Source of the DNA: an uncultured Acidobacteriota bacterium
Lineage (GTDB): Bacteria; Acidobacteriota; Terriglobia; Acidiferrales; UBA7541
Direction: 5' to 3'
Assembly (NCBI GenBank): GCA_963814605.1
Contig: CAWFDD010000003.1
Location: forward strand, 609,734 to 673,733
Length of the DNA: 64,000 nt
In this document: positions 47,083-56,776 of the stretch, piece by piece
Numbering within the stretch: position 1 is the stretch's first letter
How the letters are laid out: the number at the start of each line of letters is the position of its first letter
The notes under the pieces: model-generated
The model's database searches: none
Seen by the model: the letters and a program-made list of their open reading frames with translations, nothing else
Told to the model about the DNA's origin: nothing
Program-made: the position numbers and the translations under genes

Positions 47083-48646
47083 ACTGTCTCTTGGAGGACC
47101 GGCGAGATACGTCGGACTTCCCGATCTGGGGTGGGAGTTCGAAGTCAAGCTGTCCGAAAGTACAGGTCAGCCTACTCTTGAATTGACAAGTACGCGACCT
47201 GCGGCGTTGCACTTCGATGGGACATCCGATTTTGAGGATAAGTTTTCCACAGGCGAAAATCGGTTGACAAAAACCGTGATTCAACCGCTATCCGACTATT
47301 ATCGGGTTCCTGACTGCTTGCTTGGGCAGATTCTAGAGCCAAAGTTGTCTGGAAACGCGGGATATTTTCAGTTCGGTCCCAAAATCACTTGCTACGGGCT
47401 GGCAGAGTCTGGCGTGGCGGCGAGGTTTGAGTCATCAACGCGCTACGACGCTAGCAAGGACCTTAAGATCAATGGCGTACTTCGCCTTCCATTCAGTCCC
47501 ACAGAGGTGATTGAGAACCTCCGCCGGGAACGTTACGTGGCGGACTTGGTGCCCGGCAGAGAACGGGTTGTAACACAGGAATGGGTTCTCAAGTCTTACT
47601 ACGCGGTTCGAAAATTGTTGCCAGCTTCGATTCGCCGTCGCCTCCAGAGAGCTTATTTCAGCGACTGGGGGAGTAGACCGTTCCCGGCATGGCCGGTGGA
47701 CTGCACCGTAGATGCGCTACATGAAGAACTGCTGAAGTTATCCATGCAAGCTGCTGGCATTCGGAGGGCGCCGTTCATCTGGTTCTGGCCGGAAGGAGCG
47801 CCCAGTTGCCTGATCATGACGCACGATGTTGAGACGTCCGTCGGTCAGGACTTTACTTCCCAGTTGATGGATCTCGACGAGTCTTACGGGATCAAGGGCT
47901 CGTTTCAGGTAATTCCCGAGAAGCGTTACGAGGTTACGGACGAATACATCGAGGGAATCAGGCGTCGCGGATTCGAATTCAATCTCCACGATCTCAATCA
48001 CGACGGGAATCTATATCGGGACCGCGGTGAGTTTCTGCGACGGGCGGCGACGATCAATGAATATGCCCGCAAGTATCGCGCCCAGGGGTTCCGTGCCGGA
48101 GCAATGTATCGCAACTTGGACTGGTATGATGCGTTCGAATTCGCCTACGATATGTCGCTGCCAAACGTCGCCCATCTCGAACCGAAAAGGGGTGGCTGTT
48201 GTACTGTGATGCCTTTCTTTATAGGGAGAATTCTCGAACTTCCTCTGACTACCATCCAGGACTACTCTCTTTTTCACATCCTAGGTGAGTACTCGACTGA
48301 TCTGTGGAAGAAACAGCTGAGCCTGATTCGCCAACGGAATGGCTTAATGAGTTTTATCGCGCACCCCGACTATTTGATCGACCGACCTGAGAAAAGGATA
48401 TATGAGTCACTCCTCGATTACTTGAGAGAGATGATTGACCGAGAGAGAATATGGGCGGCGCTACCGACGGATGTCGATCAATGGTGGAGAGCGAGGAACC
48501 AAATGAAGCTGGTTCGAAAGGGCGCTGATTGGGAGATCGTAGGCCCACAAAAGGAACGAGCGCGAATCGCGTATGCCGTGTTGGATGGAGATCGGTTGAG
48601 GTACGACGTTGCTGATGCTCCCGTCCCTGGAGGAGCGCATTCTTAG
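46922..48646 (+). CDS. Polysaccharide deacetylase-like (NodB/CE4-fold) protein
   Basis: The sequence reads ...CLIMTHDVETSVG...FEFNLHDLNHDGN...SFIAHPDYL. The first ~55 codons of the track ORF are the read-through frame of the upstream pseudogene. The real start is probably downstream of 47082 (TTG or GTG candidates near 47183-47276). Confidence 0.65.
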   Translation: MSQLHLSCVGRFQELRLLSRSRDGVSRLRSGFSLICPTCYLPSLWTLSTAIQDRLSLGGPARYVGLPDLGWEFEVKLSESTGQPTLELTSTRPAALHFDGTSDFEDKFSTGENRLTKTVIQPLSDYYRVPDCLLGQILEPKLSGNAGYFQFGPKITCYGLAESGVAARFESSTRYDASKDLKINGVLRLPFSPTEVIENLRRERYVADLVPGRERVVTQEWVLKSYYAVRKLLPASIRRRLQRAYFSDWGSRPFPAWPVDCTVDALHEELLKLSMQAAGIRRAPFIWFWPEGAPSCLIMTHDVETSVGQDFTSQLMDLDESYGIKGSFQVIPEKRYEVTDEYIEGIRRRGFEFNLHDLNHDGNLYRDRGEFLRRAATINEYARKYRAQGFRAGAMYRNLDWYDAFEFAYDMSLPNVAHLEPKRGGCCTVMPFFIGRILELPLTTIQDYSLFHILGEYSTDLWKKQLSLIRQRNGLMSFIAHPDYLIDRPEKRIYESLLDYLREMIDRERIWAALPTDVDQWWRARNQMKLVRKGADWEIVGPQKERARIAYAVLDGDRLRYDVADAPVPGGAHS

Positions 48647-49095
48647 TTCTGTGTATTTCTCGACCACAAATTAGGAAATCAATGGCGCGGCTGCTGCGAT
48701 TGACCGAGGGCCTCATCTGCGTGTACTCGGCTTCCTAACAGTTTGTTTGGTGCAGTTCGTACTGACACGGGATTTAACGAGAATGGTATCTACACTCCTA
48801 TTTTCGAGTGACAGCTTTTCGCAGATACTCGTGATTCCACTGGTGAACTGATGCTTTGTTTATGCTGTGCGCTTGGATCGGAATCGGCAGGTTGATTGGA
48901 TGTCGGTATTAGTCGTCTCCAGATTACCTGTACCCTGACACACCGTCAAAGTTTGTCGGTCCGAGTGGAAGGTTCCCACAGTTCGGACTAGCAGTTAGCT
49001 GATTCACGACTATTGCGGTACACGACTGCCGGACTTCGATGACAGGAATGCTACGCTGATGTTTGATTTTGGGACGGTAAAGCTATCGGAGACGT

Positions 49096-51285
49096 ATGGG
49101 GAACACTAATCGACGCGAAACCGAAAACCCTTCCCTCGGCGGACACAGGCGTGGGCGGAGGACAACAAGACTTGCCGCCCTCGCTTTGGCCGTCATCGTG
49201 TTGGGCGTGACGATAGTAGGAGCCTTCTACTGGAAATCTTTTTCAAAAACGAACCACCTGTCGCGCGGGGCGATCTCCGAGAAGATCGCGTGGCGCATAG
49301 GGTTATTCGCCCGCAAGGCTGCGGGCCGCATTCCCGAGTTGACATGGTCTGAACTCTGGCAGATGGTCCGAAATCGGGGCGGTTTTGGATTGGAAAACTT
49401 CGTGCAAGGAGTCAGTCTTGATGGCAGCGTCCACAACGGATACGATTCCGCTTCCGATCTTCAAGCGGCTTCACAAATCTTTAGTGTACGGTGTGCGATG
49501 TGCCACGGGAGCGATGGAGCCGGAGGGGAGCATGGTGCTCCACCGCTGAATCACGCAGGACTCAAACATGGTGACAGCGACCTCGCTATTTACAAGGTCT
49601 TGCGGGATGGTGTTCCTAACACGGCTATGCAGGCCCCCTCCATTTCTTTAGTACAGCGTTGGCAACTCGTCGGTTATGTGAGACACCTGCAGTTCCATGG
49701 TGTCGCCTCGAGTGCCGGTAAAGCCCCGTTGGACATCGAGGTAAACAGGGAGCGGATCCTTGCAGCTGGGGAGAAAACCGATGAGTGGTTGACTTATTCG
49801 GGATCTCTTGACGGGCATCGCTACACGCCGCTGAACCAAATTACTCCCGCAAACGTCTCGCGACTTCGAATTCGATGGGTTCGACAGTTCGATACCAGAC
49901 TACCGTCTTTCGAAGAGACTCCGATTGTGGTTGACGGCGTAATATTCATGACTGAGCCTCCTTCCGATACGATGGCCGTTGATGCTTTCGACGCGAAGTC
50001 CGGGGATCTAATTTGGAGATATTCCCGAAGCGTTCTCACCGATGTGTACTCGCTGTTCGGCAGAGAAAACCGAGGGCTCGCAATTCTTGACAGCGGTCTA
50101 TATTTCACCAGCTTGGATGGATATCTAGTCTGTATCAATGCAAATACGGGGCAGCTGGTTTGGGAGACTAAGGTAGCGGAGCCTTCGCAATATTACTCGC
50201 TGAGTGCGGCGCCCCTCATCGTTAATCGTTCCGTCGTTGTTGGGGTTGCAGGGGGCGAGTACGGAATTCGTGGCTTCTTATCTGCCTACGACGCGGAAAC
50301 TGGAAAGAAGCAATGGCAGTTCGATACTATCCCGGGACCAGGCGAGCCCGGTCACGAGACCTGGAGCGGTGATTCCTGGCGTACCGGCGGCGGGGGAACT
50401 TGGGTCACGGGAAGCTATGACCCATCGCTCGACCTTCTTTACTGGGGCGTTGGGAATCCGTCTCCGGACCTTTTGGGAGACGTTCGCCCCGGCGACAATC
50501 TATATTCCGATAGCGTGATCGCGCTGCACCCCGGCACGGGGAAGCTAGCCTGGCACTTCCAATTCACTCCCCACGATGTACACGACTGGGATTCAGGCCA
50601 GACTCCGATTTTGGCAGACATTGCGATCAACGGTCGAATTCGCGGAGTGATGTGTTGGGCGAACAGAAATGGCTTTTACTATGTGCTGGATAGGGTTACG
50701 GGAGAATTCTTGACGGGTGCGCCCTTCGTCGAACAGAATTGGGCGAAGGGTCTTGATTCGGTGGGACGACCAATCCTGGCGGAAGCGGCCGATATACCAA
50801 AGATCGGGCGGGTCACTAGACCCGGCGTCGGAGGTGGCACAAATTTTCAAAATGCGGCGTTTGACCCCCTGAGGAAACTGGTGTTTGTACCTGCGACCGA
50901 AAGTGTTTCCGTGTATGCGAAGTCTGTCCGCGCGGTCCGTCAGGCCGGTGGGTTTTACAACGGTAGCGCGGCAGCTGATCTCGAACCACTGATTCCGGTC
51001 GTCCGCGCGCTCGACGCTGGCACGGGAACAAAAAAATGGGAACGCTTCTCGCCACCGCTGAGCGGGGATTATCCCCGTTACGGCGGCCTTCTCGCGACTG
51101 GTGGAGGCCTGGTTTTCGGTGCCTCAGGAGGGTCCGTGTTTGCGTTGGATTCTACGACTGGACATGAGGTTTGGCGGGTTTTTCTCGGAGGAAATACCGA
51201 CGCGGCTCCGATCTCCTTCACAGTAGATGGACGACAAGTTATCGCGGTGTTCGTCGGTCGGGGGCTGTTCCTTTTCGGACTATAG
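49096..51285 (+). CDS. Membrane-anchored quinohaemoprotein: N-terminal class I cytochrome c followed by a PQQ-type 8-bladed beta-propeller dehydrogenase
   Basis: The TM anchor is LAALALAVIVLGVTIVGAFYW. The haem motif is CAMCH, with a distal Met in NTAMQA. The sequence ...EWLTYSGSLDGHRYTPLNQITPANVSRL follows. Repeated A.D..TG...W blades are present (DAKSGDLIW, NANTGQLVW, DAETGKKQW, HPGTGKLAW, DAGTGTKKW, DSTTGHEVW). Confidence 0.8.
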   Translation: MGNTNRRETENPSLGGHRRGRRTTRLAALALAVIVLGVTIVGAFYWKSFSKTNHLSRGAISEKIAWRIGLFARKAAGRIPELTWSELWQMVRNRGGFGLENFVQGVSLDGSVHNGYDSASDLQAASQIFSVRCAMCHGSDGAGGEHGAPPLNHAGLKHGDSDLAIYKVLRDGVPNTAMQAPSISLVQRWQLVGYVRHLQFHGVASSAGKAPLDIEVNRERILAAGEKTDEWLTYSGSLDGHRYTPLNQITPANVSRLRIRWVRQFDTRLPSFEETPIVVDGVIFMTEPPSDTMAVDAFDAKSGDLIWRYSRSVLTDVYSLFGRENRGLAILDSGLYFTSLDGYLVCINANTGQLVWETKVAEPSQYYSLSAAPLIVNRSVVVGVAGGEYGIRGFLSAYDAETGKKQWQFDTIPGPGEPGHETWSGDSWRTGGGGTWVTGSYDPSLDLLYWGVGNPSPDLLGDVRPGDNLYSDSVIALHPGTGKLAWHFQFTPHDVHDWDSGQTPILADIAINGRIRGVMCWANRNGFYYVLDRVTGEFLTGAPFVEQNWAKGLDSVGRPILAEAADIPKIGRVTRPGVGGGTNFQNAAFDPLRKLVFVPATESVSVYAKSVRAVRQAGGFYNGSAAADLEPLIPVVRALDAGTGTKKWERFSPPLSGDYPRYGGLLATGGGLVFGASGGSVFALDSTTGHEVWRVFLGGNTDAAPISFTVDGRQVIAVFVGRGLFLFGL

Positions 51286-51839
51286 TCAACGGCGACGCTG
51301 AGCATGGTTTGCGCGACTCTTCCCCACCTCAAAGGGAACAACGGCTTCGCCGAATACTCAGGCTCCACCGAGCTCGGCAGGAGACAGAGATAACGTCGAG
51401 AACTCGTTGGCGGCCAAGGCTCGTTTCGACGCGATGGCAAGGTCTGAGCCTGCACGCGAACGGGAAATTCATCCCCTCAAGAATTCACAAATGTTTTAGC
51501 GAATAGTGACCAATTCCTGTCAGACTACTGTGCACTCTTGGCTGCTCGCCCGCCGGATTCCGAACCTGCGATTGCCGGGGTACAGGACACGTCGTTCAGC
51601 GCTAGGGTGACTTTTCTACGGTCGGCACGAGTCGAGCCTTGCGGCCAACACCGAGTGGCCGTCGCCATACGGTGGTCCCGCCGAGAGAGATCGACTGGTG
51701 TTGGAATGCGACGAATCAAGCGAAGCTGGTCCGGGAGAGCGCTGATTGACAGAATCGCGAGTCCCAACAATGAAAGAGCTGGAATTGCGTACGTCACCTC
51801 CGACGGTTTGCTGTCGTTCATTGGCGACCCGGATTCTTT

Positions 51840-52922
51840 ATGAGTGAAAGCATGCCTAACACGGATCTTCCATCGATTGCGCCTTCCAGCGTGCCGGCAC
51901 GAAAGTACGAGCGACGTTTTTTTGCCGCCAAACCTGGTGCTTACATACTGATCGTTATCGCCTCGCTGTTGGCAGCGTGGCCTTTTAGTCTTCGGAAGCA
52001 CAGCATCTTTTTCTGTCAAGCTCCTGGACTCGGATCGGACGACTACCTGGCCGATTGCGAGACGACGGCCTATGGTGACTATGATTACGGCGCCTTCTGG
52101 TTCGGATTGGAACCTAAGGCGACGAATGCTGCGGCAAACGCTCAGGTGCTCTTCCTCGGGGGTAGCCGCACGGAGTTTGGGTTTTCCACCAAGACGACGG
52201 CGGATTGGTTTTCGTCGCTTCCTGCAAGCTACTACCTGTTGGGTTTTGCGTCCAACGGTAATTACAATTTTGAAGCGCCGCTTTTGCGCAAGCTCCGCCC
52301 AAAAGCTGTGGCTTATGTGATCAATCTCGATTTATTCTTCGAGCAAACCGACGCCCCACCTGCCAAGGTTGTCATGCGGGACCCCGGGGCGAGGTTTCGC
52401 TATGAAGGTAAGCGCGAGTGGCAGGTGATCCAGAAGGCAATTTGTACGAACCATCGGTCCATTTGCGGCAACGGGCGCGCATTTGTTCGGTCGCGAGCGA
52501 CAGGTGCCTGGCGTTTGTCGGGCGGCCAGTTCGCGAGTTGGCCTGTGTCGTATGACGAGAGCGTCGATCAGCAGATGGTGAAAACCTACATAAGTGCGGC
52601 AAACGAATTTTTGTCCAACCTATCTGTTCGTCGCGATTGTGTGATACTCACGCTGGTTCCCACAGTCGACACGAGGTCCTGGGACCACCTCGGTGCAACA
52701 TCCATTGGAACGGCGAAAGCAATTGCAGCGGGTCTCGGACGGAATCTGGTGGCGCCGGAACTGGCGGGACTCAACACATTCGATGGTTCGCACCTTGACC
52801 CTGAGAGTGCCGAGCGCTGGTCCGCAGCCTTCGCCGAAGCCGCTGGCCCGCAGATTCGGCGGTGTCTAAATGATTCGATGGAAAGTACTAGTCTCGGAGA
52901 CGTTCGTCTAAGGCCCGAGTGA
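51840..52922 (+). CDS. Membrane-anchored SGNH-like, DltD-like protein
   Basis: The N-terminal TM segment is AYILIVIASLLAAWPF. A block-I-like motif LFLGGSRTEFG lies near residue 105, and a block-V-like DxxH motif (FDGSHLD) near residue 316. Size and topology resemble DltD. No search was run. Confidence 0.5.
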   Translation: MSESMPNTDLPSIAPSSVPARKYERRFFAAKPGAYILIVIASLLAAWPFSLRKHSIFFCQAPGLGSDDYLADCETTAYGDYDYGAFWFGLEPKATNAAANAQVLFLGGSRTEFGFSTKTTADWFSSLPASYYLLGFASNGNYNFEAPLLRKLRPKAVAYVINLDLFFEQTDAPPAKVVMRDPGARFRYEGKREWQVIQKAICTNHRSICGNGRAFVRSRATGAWRLSGGQFASWPVSYDESVDQQMVKTYISAANEFLSNLSVRRDCVILTLVPTVDTRSWDHLGATSIGTAKAIAAGLGRNLVAPELAGLNTFDGSHLDPESAERWSAAFAEAAGPQIRRCLNDSMESTSLGDVRLRPE

Positions 52923-54811
52923 CGATGGACTGGCTCCCTATCACTTCGGATTTCCGACGTGAGCTGCGCGCGGTGGTTGAGGCGCCATTAGCGGGTCGTC
53001 TCGAAAAGCTCGCCGAGCTTGCCCAACACCGCCTCGGCCTGGTTGAGACGATTCTGCTCGATCGCGCGCTTGGCGAAGTGCCTGTCGAGCAGACCGCCGG
53101 CTTTTCGAAGGTACGGCTTGCGATTCTTGCTTCCTCGACGGTCGACCACCTGGCGCCTGCGATCCGAGTCGCCGGTCTGCGCCGAAAGCTGCGGATCGAG
53201 GTCCACATCGGCCCATACGGGCAATACCGCCAGGAATTGCTCGATGCGACGTCGCACCTCTATCAACTCCAGCCCCAGATCGTCTTGCTATCGCTGACGG
53301 CCCGTCAGGCTGTTTCGGGTGTGTCTTTGGCAGCGACGGCAGCCGAAGTCGACGCGGCCATTGGGACGTCGATCGATGAGTTGCGCGTCCTCTGGCGGAC
53401 CGGCCACGAGCGTCTTAAAGCGACCGTGATCCAACAGACATTTCTCAATTTCGCTGACCCGGTATTCGGCAGCTATGACCGCCTGGTGCCGGGCGCGCCC
53501 GCACGGGTAATTGCCCTCCTTAACGACCGGCTCTCAGAGGCCGCGGCAAGAGATGGCGTCTTGCTCGTCGACGTCGCGCAAGCAAGCCAACGTGACGGAC
53601 TGGACGCGTGGTTCGACATCACGCGCTGGCTCCAGGGGAAATTCGAAATCGCTCCCCAGGCAGCGCCCGCCTACGCCGAGATGGTGGCGCGGGTCATTGC
53701 CGCGGAGCGCGGGCTCTCCAAGAAGTGTCTTGTGCTCGATCTCGATAACACACTGTGGGGCGGCGTAGTCGGCGACGATGGAGTGCAGGGGATTGTGCTG
53801 GGCGAAGGTAGCGGAGCCGGTGAAGCGTATCTGGCTTTGCAGCGGTACGCTTTGCAGCTCAAGGAGCGTGGGGTGATACTAGCCGTCTGCTCCAAGAACG
53901 ACCCTGCGACCGCAGAGGCTGCGTTTCGCGAGCATCCGGAAATGGTCCTACGAATGTCTGACTTCGGGGCCTTTGTAGCGAACTGGGACGACAAGGCGCT
54001 CAACCTCGAGCGCATTGCGGCACAGCTGAACATCGGGATGGACAGCTTGGTTTTTGTCGATGACAATCCCGCGGAACGGGCACGCGTTCGCCAGAGCCTC
54101 CCGTCCGTGGCCGTACCCGAGTTGCCCGCCGATGCCGCCCGCTACGTCCGCTGCCTGGCCGACGCCGGGTATTTCGAGGCGGTCGCGTTTACTGTCGAGG
54201 ATCAGCAACGGGGCGAGCAGTACCGGGCCAACGCCTTGCGAGAGGCAGTTCTGCAGTCTTCCGAGAATCTGGACGATTTCCTGCGTGGGCTTCAGATGTC
54301 CGTGGAGTTCACGCCGTTCCAGACAGTCGATCTGGCGCGCGTGACACAGCTGATTGGAAAGACCAATCAATTCAACCCGACAACTCGCCGGCGTTCGGCT
54401 CGAGATGTGGCGGCATTCATGGCTTCCGACGCGTGTATCACGCTCCAATTCCGCCTCATCGACAGATTCGGAGATAACGGTCTTGTAAGCGCGATGATTC
54501 TTTGCTCGGACCCTGAAGAGCCGGACCTATTTGAGATAGACACCTGGGTCATGAGCTGCCGGGTCTTCGGCCGGCAGCTCGAATTCGAAGCGATGAACAT
54601 CGCCGTAGAAGCCGCACGTCGACGGGGAATACGAACGCTCCGCGCTGACTACATCCCGACCGCGAAGAACGGCGTGGTCGGCGAATTGTACCCGACTCTA
54701 GGCTTCACTCGCGCGCAACGGAGCGCACCCGTTGCGGGCGCCACTCGATGGATCTTAAGCGTGAATGATTATGTAGGCCGCTCCACGCATATTATGCGGT
54801 GCTCGGACTAA
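52919..54811 (+). CDS. FkbH-like protein (HAD-IIIC phosphatase/transferase domain with a C-terminal GNAT-like domain)
   Basis: The HAD core is CLVLDLDNTLWGGVVGDDGV..., followed by ILAVCSKND...FVANWDDKALNLERIAAQLNIGMDSLVFVDDNPAER. The C-terminal part reads ...RLIDRFGDNGLVS...DTWVMSCRVFGR. The start overlaps the upstream stop (GTGA). Confidence 0.85.
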   Translation: MTMDWLPITSDFRRELRAVVEAPLAGRLEKLAELAQHRLGLVETILLDRALGEVPVEQTAGFSKVRLAILASSTVDHLAPAIRVAGLRRKLRIEVHIGPYGQYRQELLDATSHLYQLQPQIVLLSLTARQAVSGVSLAATAAEVDAAIGTSIDELRVLWRTGHERLKATVIQQTFLNFADPVFGSYDRLVPGAPARVIALLNDRLSEAAARDGVLLVDVAQASQRDGLDAWFDITRWLQGKFEIAPQAAPAYAEMVARVIAAERGLSKKCLVLDLDNTLWGGVVGDDGVQGIVLGEGSGAGEAYLALQRYALQLKERGVILAVCSKNDPATAEAAFREHPEMVLRMSDFGAFVANWDDKALNLERIAAQLNIGMDSLVFVDDNPAERARVRQSLPSVAVPELPADAARYVRCLADAGYFEAVAFTVEDQQRGEQYRANALREAVLQSSENLDDFLRGLQMSVEFTPFQTVDLARVTQLIGKTNQFNPTTRRRSARDVAAFMASDACITLQFRLIDRFGDNGLVSAMILCSDPEEPDLFEIDTWVMSCRVFGRQLEFEAMNIAVEAARRRGIRTLRADYIPTAKNGVVGELYPTLGFTRAQRSAPVAGATRWILSVNDYVGRSTHIMRCSD

Positions 54812-54812
54812 T

Positions 54813-55055
54813 ATGACAGATCAAACCATCCTAGATGCATTCACCCGCATCCTCCGAGATGTTTTGGGTGACGAGTCGATCGTTCTAACGCTTGAGACCA
54901 AACGCGACGAAGTGGCCAATTGGGACTCCTTCGGCTACGTTAACTTCATCGTTGCAGTGGAGATTGAATTTCACGTGAAGTTTGGTGTGGCTGAAATTGA
55001 GTCTTTCGAGAACGTAGGGGCGATTGTGCATCGAACCAAGGAGCTGTTGGCGTAA
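54813..55055 (+). CDS. Acyl/peptidyl carrier protein (80 aa)
   Basis: The size and four-helix pattern fit a carrier protein. The candidate phosphopantetheine site is ...VANWDSFGYVNFIVAVEIEF. It starts 2 nt after the FkbH-like stop. Confidence 0.75.
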   Translation: MTDQTILDAFTRILRDVLGDESIVLTLETKRDEVANWDSFGYVNFIVAVEIEFHVKFGVAEIESFENVGAIVHRTKELLA

Positions 55056-55243
55056 TCCAGCGGCCCGTACTCACGAGAGCCATTCTGGTCCGTGGTCGGT
55101 GATGTTTTGCCGATGCTGATCAGTTCATAGCGAGCTCAAGTGGATCAGATTTGCGTATTTGTTGTCGGCTTGGCCGGTCGCCGCAACGGTGATCGGATTT
55201 CCCGATCCGAGTATTTCCATCGAGCCGGTACGCCGAGTCGAAA

Positions 55244-56722
55244 TTGGACATTAGGGAAACATTGAGCAGTTCATCCTTGGACGAGCCTTCTGTGACGTTC
55301 ACGGAACAGGATGTTGCCGCCTTTAGCGATGCTTCCGGCGACCGCAATTCCCTCCATCTCAATCACGATTACGCCCGACGCACTCCTTATGGGCAGCCCG
55401 TTGTGTTCGGCTGCTTGGGAGCGATGGCATGTTTGGGGCACCTCCGGTTACCCGCCGGCTGGTCAGCTACTTCGCTCGAAGCCGAGTTCGCCCGGCCAAT
55501 ATTTTCGGGTGTCACGTATCGCATCGAGACTTCAGAGAAAGACGGCAGGTGGCGCGTGCGGCTTTTCGACGGGAGCATGTACGTAGTCTCTGTCACGGTG
55601 ACCGCTGAGCCTTCCCCAAGAACTGAATCGCCACAGGAGATCGAGGGCGTCTGTACGTTTGAACGATGTGAGGCAGCCGTGCGGAAGGCGGAAGATATCC
55701 TTCCAGGGCTGGAGATTTCCGGGGAATACGGCTGCAAGACTGGCGGTTTAGCTACACTAGCGGCGCGATGGGGGGGCGTTGATCGCCTACTGGCGAGATT
55801 GCTCTGTTGGAGCAGCTATCTGGTTGGGATGGAGCTGCCGGGAGAGTCGGCTCTTTTCTCCAAGCTTGTGTTGCGCTTCCAGAGAACGGATCCATGCCCT
55901 GCTACGATGGGATACCGCGCTTTGGTTGCGTCTATTGATTCGCGGTTCGGGCAAATCGTTATGGATGTTTCTCTTTTCGATGGCCGTTCCACCATTGCCT
56001 CCGGGCAGTGCTACTCCTTCATACGCCCCCCCGTGCCGGAACTTGAAGAGATCGATTCCATTGGAGTGAGACCGGACAGCTTAGCGGGACGAGCGGCTGT
56101 GATCCTTGGGTCGAGCCGAGGATTGGGGGCGGAAGTGAAGCGAGCTCTTGAGTCGAGGGGTGCGGTGGTTTATGGAATGGCACGCTCTCCCAAGGCAAGT
56201 GAGCTATCGCGGACTGAGGTAGGCGACGCGGCGGACCCTCAGGCGTTGCGTCGATTGCGGCAGCGGGTGGTAAGAGACCATGGCCGTCTGGATTTTCTTA
56301 TCTGTAATGCGTGCCCTTCCGTCCTACCGCTGCGCCTGGAGCCGAATGCCGCCGGACGAATCAGAGCATATATTGACTTGGCCGTGTCTCTCACGCTCGC
56401 TCCACTATCCGAGTTCTTGGAATTATTGAATTCGAGCGACGGCTGTGTCGTCATCGTCTCTTCAGTCTTTGTGGAGCGTCCCGTAAAGGAGTTCCCGCAC
56501 TATATCGCGGCGAAGCAAGCTGTGGAGATGTTGGGCCGAGTCGCTTCCTTGCAATATCGGCGCGTTCGCACCCTCGTCGTGCGGCCCCAGAAGCTACTCA
56601 CCGCTATGACCAACACACCTTTGGGGCGTTTGGACGCCATATCGCCGAGGCTGATCGCCAACCGTATTGCCACGCGCCTAGAAGATCCGCTGGAGCCGGG
56701 GATGACGGAAATCCTCGGTTGA
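55244..56722 (+). CDS. Fusion protein: MaoC-like (hotdog) dehydratase domains plus a C-terminal short-chain dehydrogenase/reductase
   Basis: The N-terminal part reads ...FTEQDVAAFSDASGDRNSLHLNHDYARRTPYGQPVVFG, a MaoC signature. The C-terminal part has AAVILGSSRGLGAEV (NAD(P)-binding) and SSVF...HYIAAK (S...YxxxK). The start is uncertain (TTG at 55244, 55262 or 55277, or GTG at 55292). Confidence 0.75.
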   Translation: MDIRETLSSSSLDEPSVTFTEQDVAAFSDASGDRNSLHLNHDYARRTPYGQPVVFGCLGAMACLGHLRLPAGWSATSLEAEFARPIFSGVTYRIETSEKDGRWRVRLFDGSMYVVSVTVTAEPSPRTESPQEIEGVCTFERCEAAVRKAEDILPGLEISGEYGCKTGGLATLAARWGGVDRLLARLLCWSSYLVGMELPGESALFSKLVLRFQRTDPCPATMGYRALVASIDSRFGQIVMDVSLFDGRSTIASGQCYSFIRPPVPELEEIDSIGVRPDSLAGRAAVILGSSRGLGAEVKRALESRGAVVYGMARSPKASELSRTEVGDAADPQALRRLRQRVVRDHGRLDFLICNACPSVLPLRLEPNAAGRIRAYIDLAVSLTLAPLSEFLELLNSSDGCVVIVSSVFVERPVKEFPHYIAAKQAVEMLGRVASLQYRRVRTLVVRPQKLLTAMTNTPLGRLDAISPRLIANRIATRLEDPLEPGMTEILG

Positions 56723-56776
56723 GAGATCGATACTCGAGAGCACAGCTGCACCCTATGGGCCAGAGGAACCACTAGA

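Noticed and set aside
51525-52019. ORFs 51525-52019 (-), 51538-51843 (+) and 51171-51506 (+) in and around the 554-nt gap after the PQQ gene.
   Set aside because: They have no RBS and no recognisable motif, their composition is biased, and they overlap one another and the flanking genes. I treat the region as non-coding, although a small gene or an sRNA cannot be excluded.
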